Source of the DNA: Acidobacteriota bacterium
GTDB lineage: Bacteria > Acidobacteriota > Thermoanaerobaculia > Multivoradales > JAGPDF01
NCBI GenBank assembly: GCA_017860005.1
Contig: JAFNAE010000001.1
Coordinates: 1,382 to 65,381 of the forward strand
Direction: 5' to 3'
DNA length: 64,000 nt
Shown here piece after piece: positions 28,012 to 39,340 of the stretch (the stretch's first letter is position 1; the number at the start of each line of letters is the position of its first letter). The notes under the pieces are model-generated. The model did not search any database, was not told the DNA's origin, and worked only from the letters and a program-made list of their open reading frames with translations. Position numbers and translations under genes: made by a program.

Positions 28012-28026
28012 TCCGGGCGCGGGACT

Positions 28027-29784
28027 TCAGCGGCCCGCGCCCGCCAGTCGCTCCCCGGCGCGAGCGCGGCGCGCCTCGAGCCAGCCGCGGACCTCGGCCA
28101 ACGGCTGCGCGTTGAGGACGTCGCGGGCGGTGGCACCCGCCTTGCGCGTCACCCCCACTCCGTAGCGCACGTCCGAGAGCCCGTGCGTCGAGTGCGCGTC
28201 GGGATGGATCGAGGTCCTTCGCCCGCGGCGCAGCCAGCCGCGCAGCGCGCGCCAGTCGAGGTCGAGGCGATGCGGGCTGGCATTGACTTCGACGATCGTG
28301 TCGTTGCCCTCGGCGGCGTCGAGCACGGCGTCGAGGTCGAGCTCGTAGCCGTCGCGCGCGAGCAGGAGGCGCCCGGTCGGATGCCCCAGGAAGGTCGCGC
28401 ACGGATGGGAGACGGCGCGCACGATGCGCTCGGTCATCGCCTCCCGCGACATCCGGAAGCGGCTGTGCACGGAGACCACCACGAAATCGAAGCCGAGCAG
28501 CAGGTCGTCGGGGAAGTCGAGGGCCCCGTCCTGCAGGATGTCGCACTCGGTGCCCTTGAACAGGTGGGGCGCGCGGCCCGCGGCGTTCCAGGCGTCGATC
28601 TCCCGCCACTGCTCGAGCACACGATCGGGCTTGAGCCCGCCGGCGTAGGCGGCCGAGCGGGAGTGGTCGGCGATCCCCAGGTACTCCCAGCCGAGCTGCG
28701 CGGCCGCCGAGGCCATCTGCTCGACCGAGGCCGTGCCGTCGCTCCACGTCGTGTGTACGTGAAACGTGCCGCGCAGGTCGGCGAGCTCGATCAGGTCGGG
28801 CAGCGAGCCGCGCTCGGCGAGCTCGATCTCGTCCAGGCCCTCGCGCATCTCGGGTGGGATCCAGGCCAGACCGAGGTGGCGGTAGAGGGCGCGCTCGTCG
28901 CCGACCTCGAGGCGGCGCTCGCCGCGGAACAGCCCGTACTCGTTGATGGTCAGGCCCTCCTGGCGCGCCCGCGTGCGCAGCGCGATGTTGTGCTCCTTGC
29001 TGCCGGTGAAATGGTGGAGGGCGCAGGCGAACTCCTCCTCCTCCACCATGCGCAGGTCGGCCTGGAATCCGGCGTCGAGCCGCGTCGAGACCTTCGTGTC
29101 GCCGCTGCCGAGGATCTCCTCGGTGCCGGGCAGGCCGGTGAACAGGGCGGCCACTTCGGCGCGCCGCGCGAGCGCAACGGCGGCCACCAGGTCGAGGTCG
29201 CCGATCGTCTCCCGCCAGCGGCGCAGGCTGCCTGCGATCTCGACACGCGTCACGGCGGGATGCTCCCGGAGCCGGGCGACGAGCTCGACGGCTACGGGCT
29301 GCGCCGCCGAGAGCAGGTGACGCTCCTGGTGGCGCCCGAGCTCGGCGAGGCCGGCCAGGATCTTCTGCTGGCTCTTCTCTCCGAATCCGCCGAGGCCTGC
29401 GACCCGCCCCTCTCGGCACGCGCGCTCCAGGTCGGCCGGAGAGCCGACGCCGAGCTCGCGGATGAGGACCGCGATGCGCTTCGGCCCCAGGCCGCTGATC
29501 CGGAACAGGTCGAGCACGCCGTGCGGAAACTCGGCGCGCAGCTGGTCGTGCAGCGCGAGCCTGCCGCCGTGGATCAGCTCGGCGATAGCCGTGACCAGGC
29601 CGGGTCCGATGCCGGGGATTTCGCCGAGCGTGCCCGCCTCGAGCAGGTCCTCGGGCTCCTCGGCGAGGCCTTCGAGCGCCCGTGCCGCGTTCTCGTAGGC
29701 CCGCACCCGGAACGGGTTCTCGCCTTTGAGCTCGAGCAGCTGTCCGGTTTCGCGCAGGATGCCGACCAGGGTCTCGCGCTTCAT
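28027..29784 (-). CDS. polX: DNA polymerase X with PHP exonuclease domain
   Basis: ENPFRVRAY, AGSLRR, GDLDL, ADLR, HFTGSKEHN; PHP motifs HVHTTWSDG, DHS, GHPTGR, DAH. Confidence 0.95.
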   Translation of the reverse strand: MKRETLVGILRETGQLLELKGENPFRVRAYENAARALEGLAEEPEDLLEAGTLGEIPGIGPGLVTAIAELIHGGRLALHDQLRAEFPHGVLDLFRISGLGPKRIAVLIRELGVGSPADLERACREGRVAGLGGFGEKSQQKILAGLAELGRHQERHLLSAAQPVAVELVARLREHPAVTRVEIAGSLRRWRETIGDLDLVAAVALARRAEVAALFTGLPGTEEILGSGDTKVSTRLDAGFQADLRMVEEEEFACALHHFTGSKEHNIALRTRARQEGLTINEYGLFRGERRLEVGDERALYRHLGLAWIPPEMREGLDEIELAERGSLPDLIELADLRGTFHVHTTWSDGTASVEQMASAAAQLGWEYLGIADHSRSAAYAGGLKPDRVLEQWREIDAWNAAGRAPHLFKGTECDILQDGALDFPDDLLLGFDFVVVSVHSRFRMSREAMTERIVRAVSHPCATFLGHPTGRLLLARDGYELDLDAVLDAAEGNDTIVEVNASPHRLDLDWRALRGWLRRGRRTSIHPDAHSTHGLSDVRYGVGVTRKAGATARDVLNAQPLAEVRGWLEARRARAGERLAGAGR

Positions 29785-29796
29785 GACGCGGCTCCG

Positions 29797-29832
29797 AAAG
29801 CGAAAGGGCCGCGAGCGAAGCGCCCGCGGCCC
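29797..29832 (-). terminator. Intrinsic terminator after metK
   Basis: Minus strand GGGCCGCGGGCG-CTT-CGCTCGCGGCCC followed by TTTCGCTTT. Confidence 0.7.
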
Positions 29833-29854
29833 GGATCCCCCACTCCCGTCAGGC

Positions 29855-31033
<1,179 letters not shown>

Positions 31034-31108
31034 CGACGCGTTCCTCTCTGGGGAGACTCAAACGGCGGGCTGACGCCCGGCGCATCCTAGCAGAGCGCCT
31101 GCCGGGCC

Positions 31109-31708
31109 TCAGCGTGGCAGGCCCGGACGGGCCTCGAGGACGCCGTAGAACAGGGTGGCGAGGGCGTTCAGGGTGGCGAGCGCGACCGCGGTGCGCCGGG
31201 TCTCGAGCCCGCCGGTCAGCGAAGAGATGGTGCCCCCGGCCCGGCGCGTGCCCGGAACCTCGGCCCGCAACTGATCTCCGGTCAGGCCCTCCACCAGCCG
31301 GTCCGGGATCTGGACCGCGCCGCTCGCGCCCCAGGCCTCGCCGCCGGGTCCGACCACCGCGCTCCAGCCGCGCACGAACCAGCGTCCGCGGCCGTCGATC
31401 TCCACCGTGTCGATGCAGAACTCGGCCGCGATGTAGAAGTGGTAGGTGCCGGGCAGCCTCGCCTCCAGGGCGCGCGCCTCCTGCCGGGCGAGCGCGATCG
31501 CCTCCTCGTCCGAACGCGCCAGCCCGCGCAGAGGACCTTCGACCTCCTGGGGCACGACGGCGACCGGGAGCGGACGATTGAGGCGGTCGTGGAAGTACCG
31601 GCGGCACGCCTCGCGGACTCCGAGGAGGAGGTCCGCCGAGGTCCCGGCGACGCACACTTCGATGCCGCGCTGGTATCCTCCGAGAAAGTCCCTGAGAGTG
31701 CGCGCCAT
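31109..31708 (-). CDS. DUF84/YjjX-like non-canonical purine NTP phosphatase, divergent
   Basis: GGTISSLTGGLETR resembles the YjjX C-terminal motif; EEAIALARQEA helix. Confidence 0.6.
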   Translation of the reverse strand: MARTLRDFLGGYQRGIEVCVAGTSADLLLGVREACRRYFHDRLNRPLPVAVVPQEVEGPLRGLARSDEEAIALARQEARALEARLPGTYHFYIAAEFCIDTVEIDGRGRWFVRGWSAVVGPGGEAWGASGAVQIPDRLVEGLTGDQLRAEVPGTRRAGGTISSLTGGLETRRTAVALATLNALATLFYGVLEARPGLPR

Positions 31709-32486
31709 GGTCGTCGGCCGGAGCAACGAGACACTCAAGGCTATCCGCCGCCTCCGCCGAAGGCAAGGCGACCACGCTCTGCTCGAGGGCCCGCACCTGA
31801 TCGCGGAGGCCCTCGCCACGGGCCTCGAGCCCGAGTCGGTGCTGGCCACCCCAGGCTTCGCGGCGAGCGCGTCCGGGCGCAGCCTGCTGCGGCGTCTGCG
31901 CCGGCCCCCGCTCCTGGTCGACGACGCGCGCCTGGCCGAGCTCGCCGACAGCGACGCCCCGCGCGGGGTGCTGGCGCTGGCGCGGCTCCCGCGCACGGGT
32001 CCGTCCGAGCTCGCGCTCGGCGGCTCCTCGCTCGTCCTCTTCCTCGACGGCGTCCAGGAGCCGGGCAACGTCGGCGCCCTGGCGCGCGTCGCGGAGGCGT
32101 TCGGCGCCACGGCGCTCGCGCTCGCCCCGGGCTGCGCGCATCCGAATCATCCGCGTGCGCTGCGCGCCTCGGCGGGCAGCCTGCTCCGCCTGCCGATCGC
32201 CGTCGAGGCGACGATCGGCGCGCTCGACCTGCGTCTGCTCCCGCACGATCCCCTCTGGGTGGCGCTCGCGGCGCACGGCGGCGAGCCGCCGGGAGCGCAC
32301 GGCGACACGCGGCCGCTGGTGCTCGCGCTCGGCGCCGAGGGACCCGGGCTGTCGAGCGCGGTCGAGCAGCGCTGCGCCTTGCGCTGGACGATTCCGCTCG
32401 CGGGCGGCGTCGAGTCGCTCAACGTCGCGGTGGCGGCCGGCGTCGCCCTCTTCGCGTTGGCGGCGGCGCGCGGCCGCCGTCCTTGA
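31707..32486 (+). CDS. TrmH/SpoU family RNA methyltransferase
   Basis: LLEG, DGVQEPGNVGAL, LGAEGPGL, ESLNVAVA. Confidence 0.9.
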   Translation: MVVGRSNETLKAIRRLRRRQGDHALLEGPHLIAEALATGLEPESVLATPGFAASASGRSLLRRLRRPPLLVDDARLAELADSDAPRGVLALARLPRTGPSELALGGSSLVLFLDGVQEPGNVGALARVAEAFGATALALAPGCAHPNHPRALRASAGSLLRLPIAVEATIGALDLRLLPHDPLWVALAAHGGEPPGAHGDTRPLVLALGAEGPGLSSAVEQRCALRWTIPLAGGVESLNVAVAAGVALFALAAARGRRP

Positions 32487-32518
32487 TCAGGCGCGACCGG
32501 AGCGCATAGCATGGGGGG

Positions 32519-34027
32519 ATGACGACGCGCCGCCGGCGCGCCCCCTCGGGCCTGTTGCTCCCCACTCTGCCGCTGCTGGTGCTCGCCGCCCTCCTCGCCG
32601 GCTGCGCGCGCGAGCGCCCGGCCGCCGAGCCAGCGACGGCCAGCGCCCGGGCACCGCGGGGCGAGGGCCGGCCCGACGTGCTGCTGCTCACCATCGACAC
32701 GCTGCGCGCCGACCATCTCTCGGCCTGGGGCTACCCGCGCGAGACCTCACCCAACCTCGACCGCATGGCTGCCGAGGGGGTCCGCTTCGAGCGCGCCCAG
32801 GTCCAGTGGCCCAAGACCGCGCCCTCCTTCGCATCGATGTTCACCGCCACCTACCCCAAGGACAACGGCGTCGTGCGCCGAGTCGGGATGCCGATCAGCT
32901 GCCGCCTGCGCCTGCTCGCCGAGGAGATGCGCGACCTCGGCTACCAGACCCACGCGGTGGTCGCCAACGGGGCGCTCGGCAAGGAGTTCTTCTTCGACCA
33001 GGGCTTCGACAGCTACGAGGAGGCCTGGAAGGTCGCCGGGCCCGACACGCCAGAGCCGACCGGGGCGCACCGGATCACCGACCTCGCCCTCGCCAGAGTC
33101 GACCGGCTGGAGCCCGGCCGCCCGGTGTTCCTCTGGATCCACTACATCGACCCCCACGCCCCCTACCGACCGCCGCGGGAGTGGCGCGACCTCTACCAGG
33201 GCGACGCGCACTTCCGCGCCGGCGAGACGGTGCCCGTGGATCGCCGCGCGCGGCGTCGCTTCGTGGGCGCGATCGGGCGCTCGCAGGTGGTCGACGGGGG
33301 CAGCGAGCTGGCCTTCTACGTCGCGCGCTACGACGCCGAGATCCGCTACGTCGACGCGGAGGTCGGGCGCCTGGTCGCTGGTCTCGAGCAACGGGGTCTC
33401 TGGCAGCGCATGCTGACCGTGATGACCTCGGATCACGGCGAGTCCCTGGGCGAGCATCGCTACTACTTCGGACACGGCATGCTGGCCTACCAGACCTGCC
33501 TGCACGTGCCGTTCGTGGTGCGCTATCCGGGCGTCCTCGCGCCCCGCACCGACCCGGCGCCGGTCGAGCTCCTGCACCTCGCGCCCACCATCCTGGAGCT
33601 GGCGGGTGCGCCGCTGCGCGAGGCGCGCTGGGGCCAGGGGCGCTCGCTCCTCCCGAGGCTGCGCGGCGAAGCGAGCGGCGACGCGACGCTCGCCTACTCC
33701 GAGGCGGGCTACGCCTCCGACCGCATGTGGCTGCGCGCCGTCCACGACGGGCGCTTCAAGCTGATCTTCGCCCCCAGCGCCAAGGACCAGCGCAAGATGG
33801 GCCGCCAGGGCAGCGCTTACGCGCTCTTCGATCTGGCCGAGGACCCGGGCGAGCTGCGCGACGTCGGCGAGGCCCGTCCGGCAGAGCGCGAGCGGCTGCG
33901 CGCCGCCCTCGCCGAGTGGGACGGAGCGCCGCGCTTCCGGTTCCAGGCGGACGCCGCCGACTGCGGCGGCGGACGCGAGGTCGATCGCAGCACCGAGGCA
34001 GAGCTGCGCTCCCTCGGCTACTTGTGA
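32519..34027 (+). CDS. Sulfatase-like hydrolase/transferase lipoprotein 1
   Basis: LAGC lipobox, TIDTLRADH, KTAPSF, HYIDPH, TSDHGE, LRSLGY. Confidence 0.88.
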   Translation: MTTRRRRAPSGLLLPTLPLLVLAALLAGCARERPAAEPATASARAPRGEGRPDVLLLTIDTLRADHLSAWGYPRETSPNLDRMAAEGVRFERAQVQWPKTAPSFASMFTATYPKDNGVVRRVGMPISCRLRLLAEEMRDLGYQTHAVVANGALGKEFFFDQGFDSYEEAWKVAGPDTPEPTGAHRITDLALARVDRLEPGRPVFLWIHYIDPHAPYRPPREWRDLYQGDAHFRAGETVPVDRRARRRFVGAIGRSQVVDGGSELAFYVARYDAEIRYVDAEVGRLVAGLEQRGLWQRMLTVMTSDHGESLGEHRYYFGHGMLAYQTCLHVPFVVRYPGVLAPRTDPAPVELLHLAPTILELAGAPLREARWGQGRSLLPRLRGEASGDATLAYSEAGYASDRMWLRAVHDGRFKLIFAPSAKDQRKMGRQGSAYALFDLAEDPGELRDVGEARPAERERLRAALAEWDGAPRFRFQADAADCGGGREVDRSTEAELRSLGYL

Positions 34028-34059
34028 GCGCGCCCTCGAGAGGAATCCAGAGCACCCCG

Positions 34060-35526
34060 ATGAGCCACCGCATCCCCACCTCGCTCGCCCTCGCTCTCGC
34101 GCTCGGCCTCGCGCTCGCCGGCTGTGGCCGGGACTCCGCGCCAAACGCGGCTGGCGAGCGCCCGGGCCGACGCCCCGACGTCCTGCTGCTGACCATCGAC
34201 ACGCTGCGCGCGGATCACCTCTCCGCCTGGGGCTACCCGCGTCTCACCTCGCCCACGCTCGACCGCATGGCGGCCGAGGGCACGCGCTTCGCGTTCGCTC
34301 AGGCCCAGCGCCCCAAGACCGGACCCTCCTTCACCTCGATGTTCACGAGCGGCTACTGCTCCGATCACGGCGTGCGCCGCATCGGCCAGCCCGCGGGTTG
34401 CTCGATGCGCTTCCTCGCCGAGGAGATGAAGGAGCTCGGCTACCAGACCCATGCGGTGGTGGCCAATGCCGCCCTGGCGCGCGAGTTCTACTTCGACCAG
34501 GGCTTCGACACCTACATCGAGACCTGGGGGGTCGAGCCCCGCAAAGCCGGCCTCGATCCCACCGGCGCCGAGGCCGTGACCGACCTCGCGGAGGCGGTGG
34601 TCGGCAAGCTGGATCGCGACCGCCCCTACTTCCTCTGGGTCCACTACGTCGACCCGCACGAGCCCTATACGCCGCCCGAGCCGTTCCGGGATCACTTCCA
34701 GGGCGACGGGCACTCGGGCCCGCCGGTCGAGGTGCCCGTCGCCCGGCGCAACTCCCGTCAGAGCTGGAACGGCATCGGCCGCAGGCAGGTGCTCGACGGC
34801 CGCACCGACCTGCCCTTCTACGTCGCGCGCTACGACGCCGAGATCCGCTACGTGGACGACCAGATCGCGCGCCTGCTCGAGGCGCTCCGCCGGCGCGGCG
34901 ACTACGACCGGATGCTCACCGTGATGACCTCCGATCACGGCGAGTCGCTGGGCGAGCACAACTACTGGTTCGACCACGGCATGTTCGGCTTCCAGACCTG
35001 CCTCCACGTGCCCCTCGTGGTGCGTTTGCCGGGCCTGGCCCGGGCGGCCGTGGACAGCGGACCGGTCGAGCTGGTCGACCTGGCGCCGACCATCCTCGAG
35101 GTGGCCGGGAAGCGGCTGCGCGAGGGCACCTGGATGAGAGGCCGTTCCCTGGTGCCGCGGTTGCGGGGCGAGGCCCCTCCGGCGCGGCCCATCGCGTTCG
35201 CGGAGGCGGGTTACTCGAGCCGGGAGGGCTGGATCCGCGTCGCGACCGACGGACGCTTCACGCTCCACCGGCTGCTCGACCGCGCGGACCGCCGGCGCGT
35301 CGCCCACGCCGACCGCGAGTTCGCGCTCTTCGACCTGGCCGCCGATCCCGGCGAGACGCGCAATGTCGCCGATCTCCACGGCGCCGATCTGACGCGGCTG
35401 CGCGACGCGCTCGCCGCGTGGGAGCAGGCGGCGCCGTTGCCGCTGCGCGGCGACAGCGACGACTGTGGCGACCGCGCCATGGAGAGCGACACCGAGGCGC
35501 AGCTGCGCGCGCTCGGCTACCTCTGA
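34060..35526 (+). CDS. Sulfatase-like hydrolase/transferase lipoprotein 2 (tandem paralog)
   Basis: LAGC lipobox, TIDTLRADH, KTGPSF, HYVDPH, TSDHGE, LRALGY. Confidence 0.88.
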   Translation: MSHRIPTSLALALALGLALAGCGRDSAPNAAGERPGRRPDVLLLTIDTLRADHLSAWGYPRLTSPTLDRMAAEGTRFAFAQAQRPKTGPSFTSMFTSGYCSDHGVRRIGQPAGCSMRFLAEEMKELGYQTHAVVANAALAREFYFDQGFDTYIETWGVEPRKAGLDPTGAEAVTDLAEAVVGKLDRDRPYFLWVHYVDPHEPYTPPEPFRDHFQGDGHSGPPVEVPVARRNSRQSWNGIGRRQVLDGRTDLPFYVARYDAEIRYVDDQIARLLEALRRRGDYDRMLTVMTSDHGESLGEHNYWFDHGMFGFQTCLHVPLVVRLPGLARAAVDSGPVELVDLAPTILEVAGKRLREGTWMRGRSLVPRLRGEAPPARPIAFAEAGYSSREGWIRVATDGRFTLHRLLDRADRRRVAHADREFALFDLAADPGETRNVADLHGADLTRLRDALAAWEQAAPLPLRGDSDDCGDRAMESDTEAQLRALGYL

Positions 35527-35538
35527 GCCCCCGTCCGG

Positions 35539-36519
35539 CTAGCCGCGCAGCTCGCGGATCGCCTGGTTGAGCGCCGGCAGCACCTCGTGCAGGTCGCCGA
35601 CGACTCCGAAGTGCGCGACCTTGAAGATCGGCGCCCCCGCGTCCTTGTTGACGGCCACGATCACCGAGGCGCCCTTCATCCCGACCAGGTGCTGGATCGC
35701 GCCCGAGATGCCGAGCGCGAAGTAGAGCTTGGGCGCGACGGTCTGGCCGCTCGAGCCGATCTGGCGGTCGCGCGGCAGCCAGCCGCTGTCGATCACCGGA
35801 CGGCTGGCGCCGATCTCGGCCCCGAGCAGCCGGGCCAGCTCCTCGACCGCGCCGAGCTTGTCCGCCCCGCCCAGGCCGCGCCCGACCGCCACGATCACGT
35901 CGGCCTTCGAGAGGTCGACCGTGTCGCCGCCGATCTGCTCGGTTCCCAGCACGTCGCGCCCGGCCGCGGCCGCTGCGAGGTCGACCCCCAACGGCCGCAC
36001 GGGCGCCGACCCGGCCACCCGCGCGTCTGCGGAGTAGGCACCCGACTGCAGGGTGACGAGCGCCGTGCCCGCCCGTCGCAGGCGCACGCGCGCGTGCATC
36101 TTCCCCTCCAGGATGGGCCGCTTGAAGGTCGTCTCGCCCGCTCCCCCGTCGATGGCGATCGCCTCGGGAACCAGCGCCACGTCGCACGCCTGGGCGAGGC
36201 GCGGCACGTATTCGCAGGACTGGTAGGTGTGGGGGAAGAGAACGAAGTCGGGCCGCTCGGCGGTGAGCGCCGGCGCCAGAGCGGCGACGTACCCACCGGG
36301 CGTGTAGGCCGCGAGCAGCGGCGACTCGGCGACGCGCACGGAGCCGAGGTCACAGGCCGCGACCTCGGCGGCGAGCGCGCCCACGTCCTGGCCGAGCAGG
36401 ATCGCGTCCGCCTTCGTGCCCCGCTCCTGCGCGAGCGACTGGGCGGCCGCGATCGCCTCCCAGGAGCCGCGATGGAGCTTCCCGTCCCGATGTTGCAGCA
36501 CCGTCCAGATGCCGGCCAT
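35539..36519 (-). CDS. etfA: Electron transfer flavoprotein alpha subunit
   Basis: [29 protein letters not shown]. Confidence 0.95.
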   Translation of the reverse strand: MAGIWTVLQHRDGKLHRGSWEAIAAAQSLAQERGTKADAILLGQDVGALAAEVAACDLGSVRVAESPLLAAYTPGGYVAALAPALTAERPDFVLFPHTYQSCEYVPRLAQACDVALVPEAIAIDGGAGETTFKRPILEGKMHARVRLRRAGTALVTLQSGAYSADARVAGSAPVRPLGVDLAAAAAGRDVLGTEQIGGDTVDLSKADVIVAVGRGLGGADKLGAVEELARLLGAEIGASRPVIDSGWLPRDRQIGSSGQTVAPKLYFALGISGAIQHLVGMKGASVIVAVNKDAGAPIFKVAHFGVVGDLHEVLPALNQAIRELRG

Positions 36520-37313
36520 CACAGCACCCTCGCTTCCAGCTGGAGTTTTCCGGCCAGGGCCCGCGCCGCGGCGACCGGGTCGCCCTCGAAGATCTGGGCG
36601 CTGCCGCCCGCTTCGGGGAAGGCCACCGAGAGCAGCTCCAGCGCGGAGCCCGCGGCGCCGACCTCGTCCTCGCCGAGACCCAGGTCCGACGGCCCGAGCG
36701 CGACGATCTCCTTCTTCTTGGCGGCCATGATTCCCTTGAGGGAGGCGTAGCGCGGCTGGTTGAGGCCGGCCTGCACCTCGAGCACCGCGGGCAGCGGGAG
36801 TCGCAGGATCTCGTTGACCCCGCTCTCCATCTCACGCACGACCCGGAGCGTGCCGCGGTCGGTCTCGGGCTCGACGCCCATCACCAGCCAGGCGTGGGGC
36901 CAGCCGAGCCCGCCGGCGAGCACCGTGCCGGTGGCGCCGAAGCCGAGGTCCTCGGACTGGGACCCGGTGAGGACCAGGTCGAAGGGCTCGCGCGCGATGG
37001 CGGCCGCCAGCGCGCGCCCCGTGGCGAGCGCGTCGCCGCCCGCGAAGGCGGGATGCCCGAGGTGCACCGCCCGGCTGGCGCCGAGCGCCAGCGCCTTGCG
37101 CAGGGCCTCCTTCACGCGCTCGGGCCCGAGGCTGAACACCACCACTTCACCCGCCGACTTCTCCGCCAGGCGAAGGCCTTCCTCGAGCGCGCACTCGTCG
37201 CTCTCGTTGATCACGAAGGGCAGGTCCTCCTCGTCGATCCAGCGCCCGTCCTTGCCGACGCGCAGCCGGGCCTCGGTGTCGGGGACCTGCTTGATACAGA
37301 CGGCGATCTTCAT
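36519..37313 (-). CDS. etfB: Electron transfer flavoprotein beta subunit
   Basis: MKIAVCIKQVPD, ALALGA, PRYASLKGIMAAKKK; GAGGAGG SD. Confidence 0.95.
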   Translation of the reverse strand: MKIAVCIKQVPDTEARLRVGKDGRWIDEEDLPFVINESDECALEEGLRLAEKSAGEVVVFSLGPERVKEALRKALALGASRAVHLGHPAFAGGDALATGRALAAAIAREPFDLVLTGSQSEDLGFGATGTVLAGGLGWPHAWLVMGVEPETDRGTLRVVREMESGVNEILRLPLPAVLEVQAGLNQPRYASLKGIMAAKKKEIVALGPSDLGLGEDEVGAAGSALELLSVAFPEAGGSAQIFEGDPVAAARALAGKLQLEARVL

Positions 37314-37451
37314 GCCGATGCGCCTCCTCGATAGAGACCACCAACTTAGGACGTTGCGCCGCCCCGAGTCAACGCGCGGCGAGCGGCATGGACACTCTCG
37401 GGAGCCGCGTGCTACCTTTTCGCGCACCCCGGCCCGCCGGGCAGACCGAGA

Positions 37452-38177
<726 letters not shown>

Positions 38178-38181
38178 GCCG

Positions 38182-38616
38182 ATGTCGTTTCTCACCGGAA
38201 CGCACGGACAGGAAGAGGAAGAGGTCCTCTCGGACATCAACATCACGCCCCTGGTGGACGTGATGCTGGTGCTGCTCATCATCTTCATGATCACGGCGCC
38301 GATGCTCCACCAGGGCATCGAAGTGGCGCTGCCCAAGTCGGAGGCACCCAACCTCTCCAACCGCCTCTCGGACCCGATCGTGCTGTCGATCAACCGGGAC
38401 GGTCTGGTCTACCTGAAGGACAAGCCGGTCCATCCGACCCGGCTGGTCGAGGTGCTGACGCCGCAGCTGCGCGGGCGCGCGGACGAGACCGTGTTCGTGA
38501 AGGGCGACCGGGACGTGCCCTACGGCAGGGTGATCGAGCTGCTCGACATCCTGCAGCGCGGCGGCATCGTCAAGGTCGGCATGGTCACGGAGCGGCCCGA
38601 GCGCAAGGGACGCTGA
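38182..38616 (+). CDS. tolR: TolR/ExbD
   Basis: INITPLVDVMLVLLIIFMITAP. Confidence 0.92.
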   Translation: MSFLTGTHGQEEEEVLSDINITPLVDVMLVLLIIFMITAPMLHQGIEVALPKSEAPNLSNRLSDPIVLSINRDGLVYLKDKPVHPTRLVEVLTPQLRGRADETVFVKGDRDVPYGRVIELLDILQRGGIVKVGMVTERPERKGR

Positions 38617-38621
38617 GCGGG

Positions 38622-39329
38622 ATGGCGGACGCGGTCTCCAACCTCCTCGACCACCGACGCGAAGAGATCGGGCGGGGTGCCCTCGGCCGCGCGCTCGCGG
38701 TGGCCGTGGCCGGGCATCTCCTCGTCCTCGCCCTCGCCCTCCTGGCGCCCGCTCTGACCCGCAAGCCGGCCCCTCCGCCGCGCTTCGTGGCGGTCCAGAT
38801 CGTGCCCGCGGCCCGGCTCGGCGTCGAGCGGCCGCGCCCGGCTCCGGCCCCCGAGAAGCCCCGTCCGGTGCCGGCGCCGGAGCCCAAGCCGAAGGCCGAA
38901 GCGCCCGTCCTCCCGGACCGGGAGGCGAAGCCCCGGCGAGAGCCGGAGCCCGCACCCGCGGCGCCGGAGCCGGAGCCGGCACCGGAGGCGCAGGGCTCGC
39001 CCACCGGCGTGGCGAGCGGGCTCTCGATGGGCGCCGCCGTGGCCGGTTTCGACAGTCCGAGCTTCACCTACGGCTACTACGTCGACCAGATGCTGGCCAT
39101 GATCTCCTCGAACTGGAGCCGGCCACCGGTCGGATCCGGGGTCGAGGCCACCCTCTACTTCCGCATCGAGCGGGACGGCCGCATCCGGCAGCTCAGCATC
39201 GCGCGCTCCTCCGGCATCAATGCCTTCGACCTCGCGGCGCTGCGCGCCGTGCAGGCCTCCTCGCCGCTGCCACCTCTCCCGCGCGCCTTCCGGGAGGAGT
39301 CGCTCGGAGTCAACCTGATCGTCCGCTGA
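38622..39329 (+). CDS. TolA/TonB-family energy transducer
   Basis: TM helix with His, Pro-rich linker, C domain SSG..FDLAALRAV. Confidence 0.85.
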   Translation: MADAVSNLLDHRREEIGRGALGRALAVAVAGHLLVLALALLAPALTRKPAPPPRFVAVQIVPAARLGVERPRPAPAPEKPRPVPAPEPKPKAEAPVLPDREAKPRREPEPAPAAPEPEPAPEAQGSPTGVASGLSMGAAVAGFDSPSFTYGYYVDQMLAMISSNWSRPPVGSGVEATLYFRIERDGRIRQLSIARSSGINAFDLAALRAVQASSPLPPLPRAFREESLGVNLIVR

Positions 39330-39340
39330 AGGAGACCCGC

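Noticed and set aside
28131..28145. Sigma54-like TGGCAC-N5-TTGC
   Set aside because: Inside polX on the antisense strand with no gene downstream; likely chance
28751..28766. Canonical parS-like half site GTGTGTACGTGAAACG
   Set aside because: Only 10/16 match and explained by the PHP motif TFHVHT in polX
28027..29784. PolX as a catalytically altered variant
   Set aside because: Catalytic aspartates (GDLD, ADLR) and PHP ligands appear intact; ordinary PolX-PHP
31034..31100. SAM riboswitch upstream of metK
   Set aside because: The leader is about 55 nt with small hairpins and no recognisable SAM riboswitch core
38820..39000. Short repeats (GAGCCGG-like)
   Set aside because: Coding for the Pro/Glu-rich TolA/TonB linker; not a CRISPR or DNA repeat element
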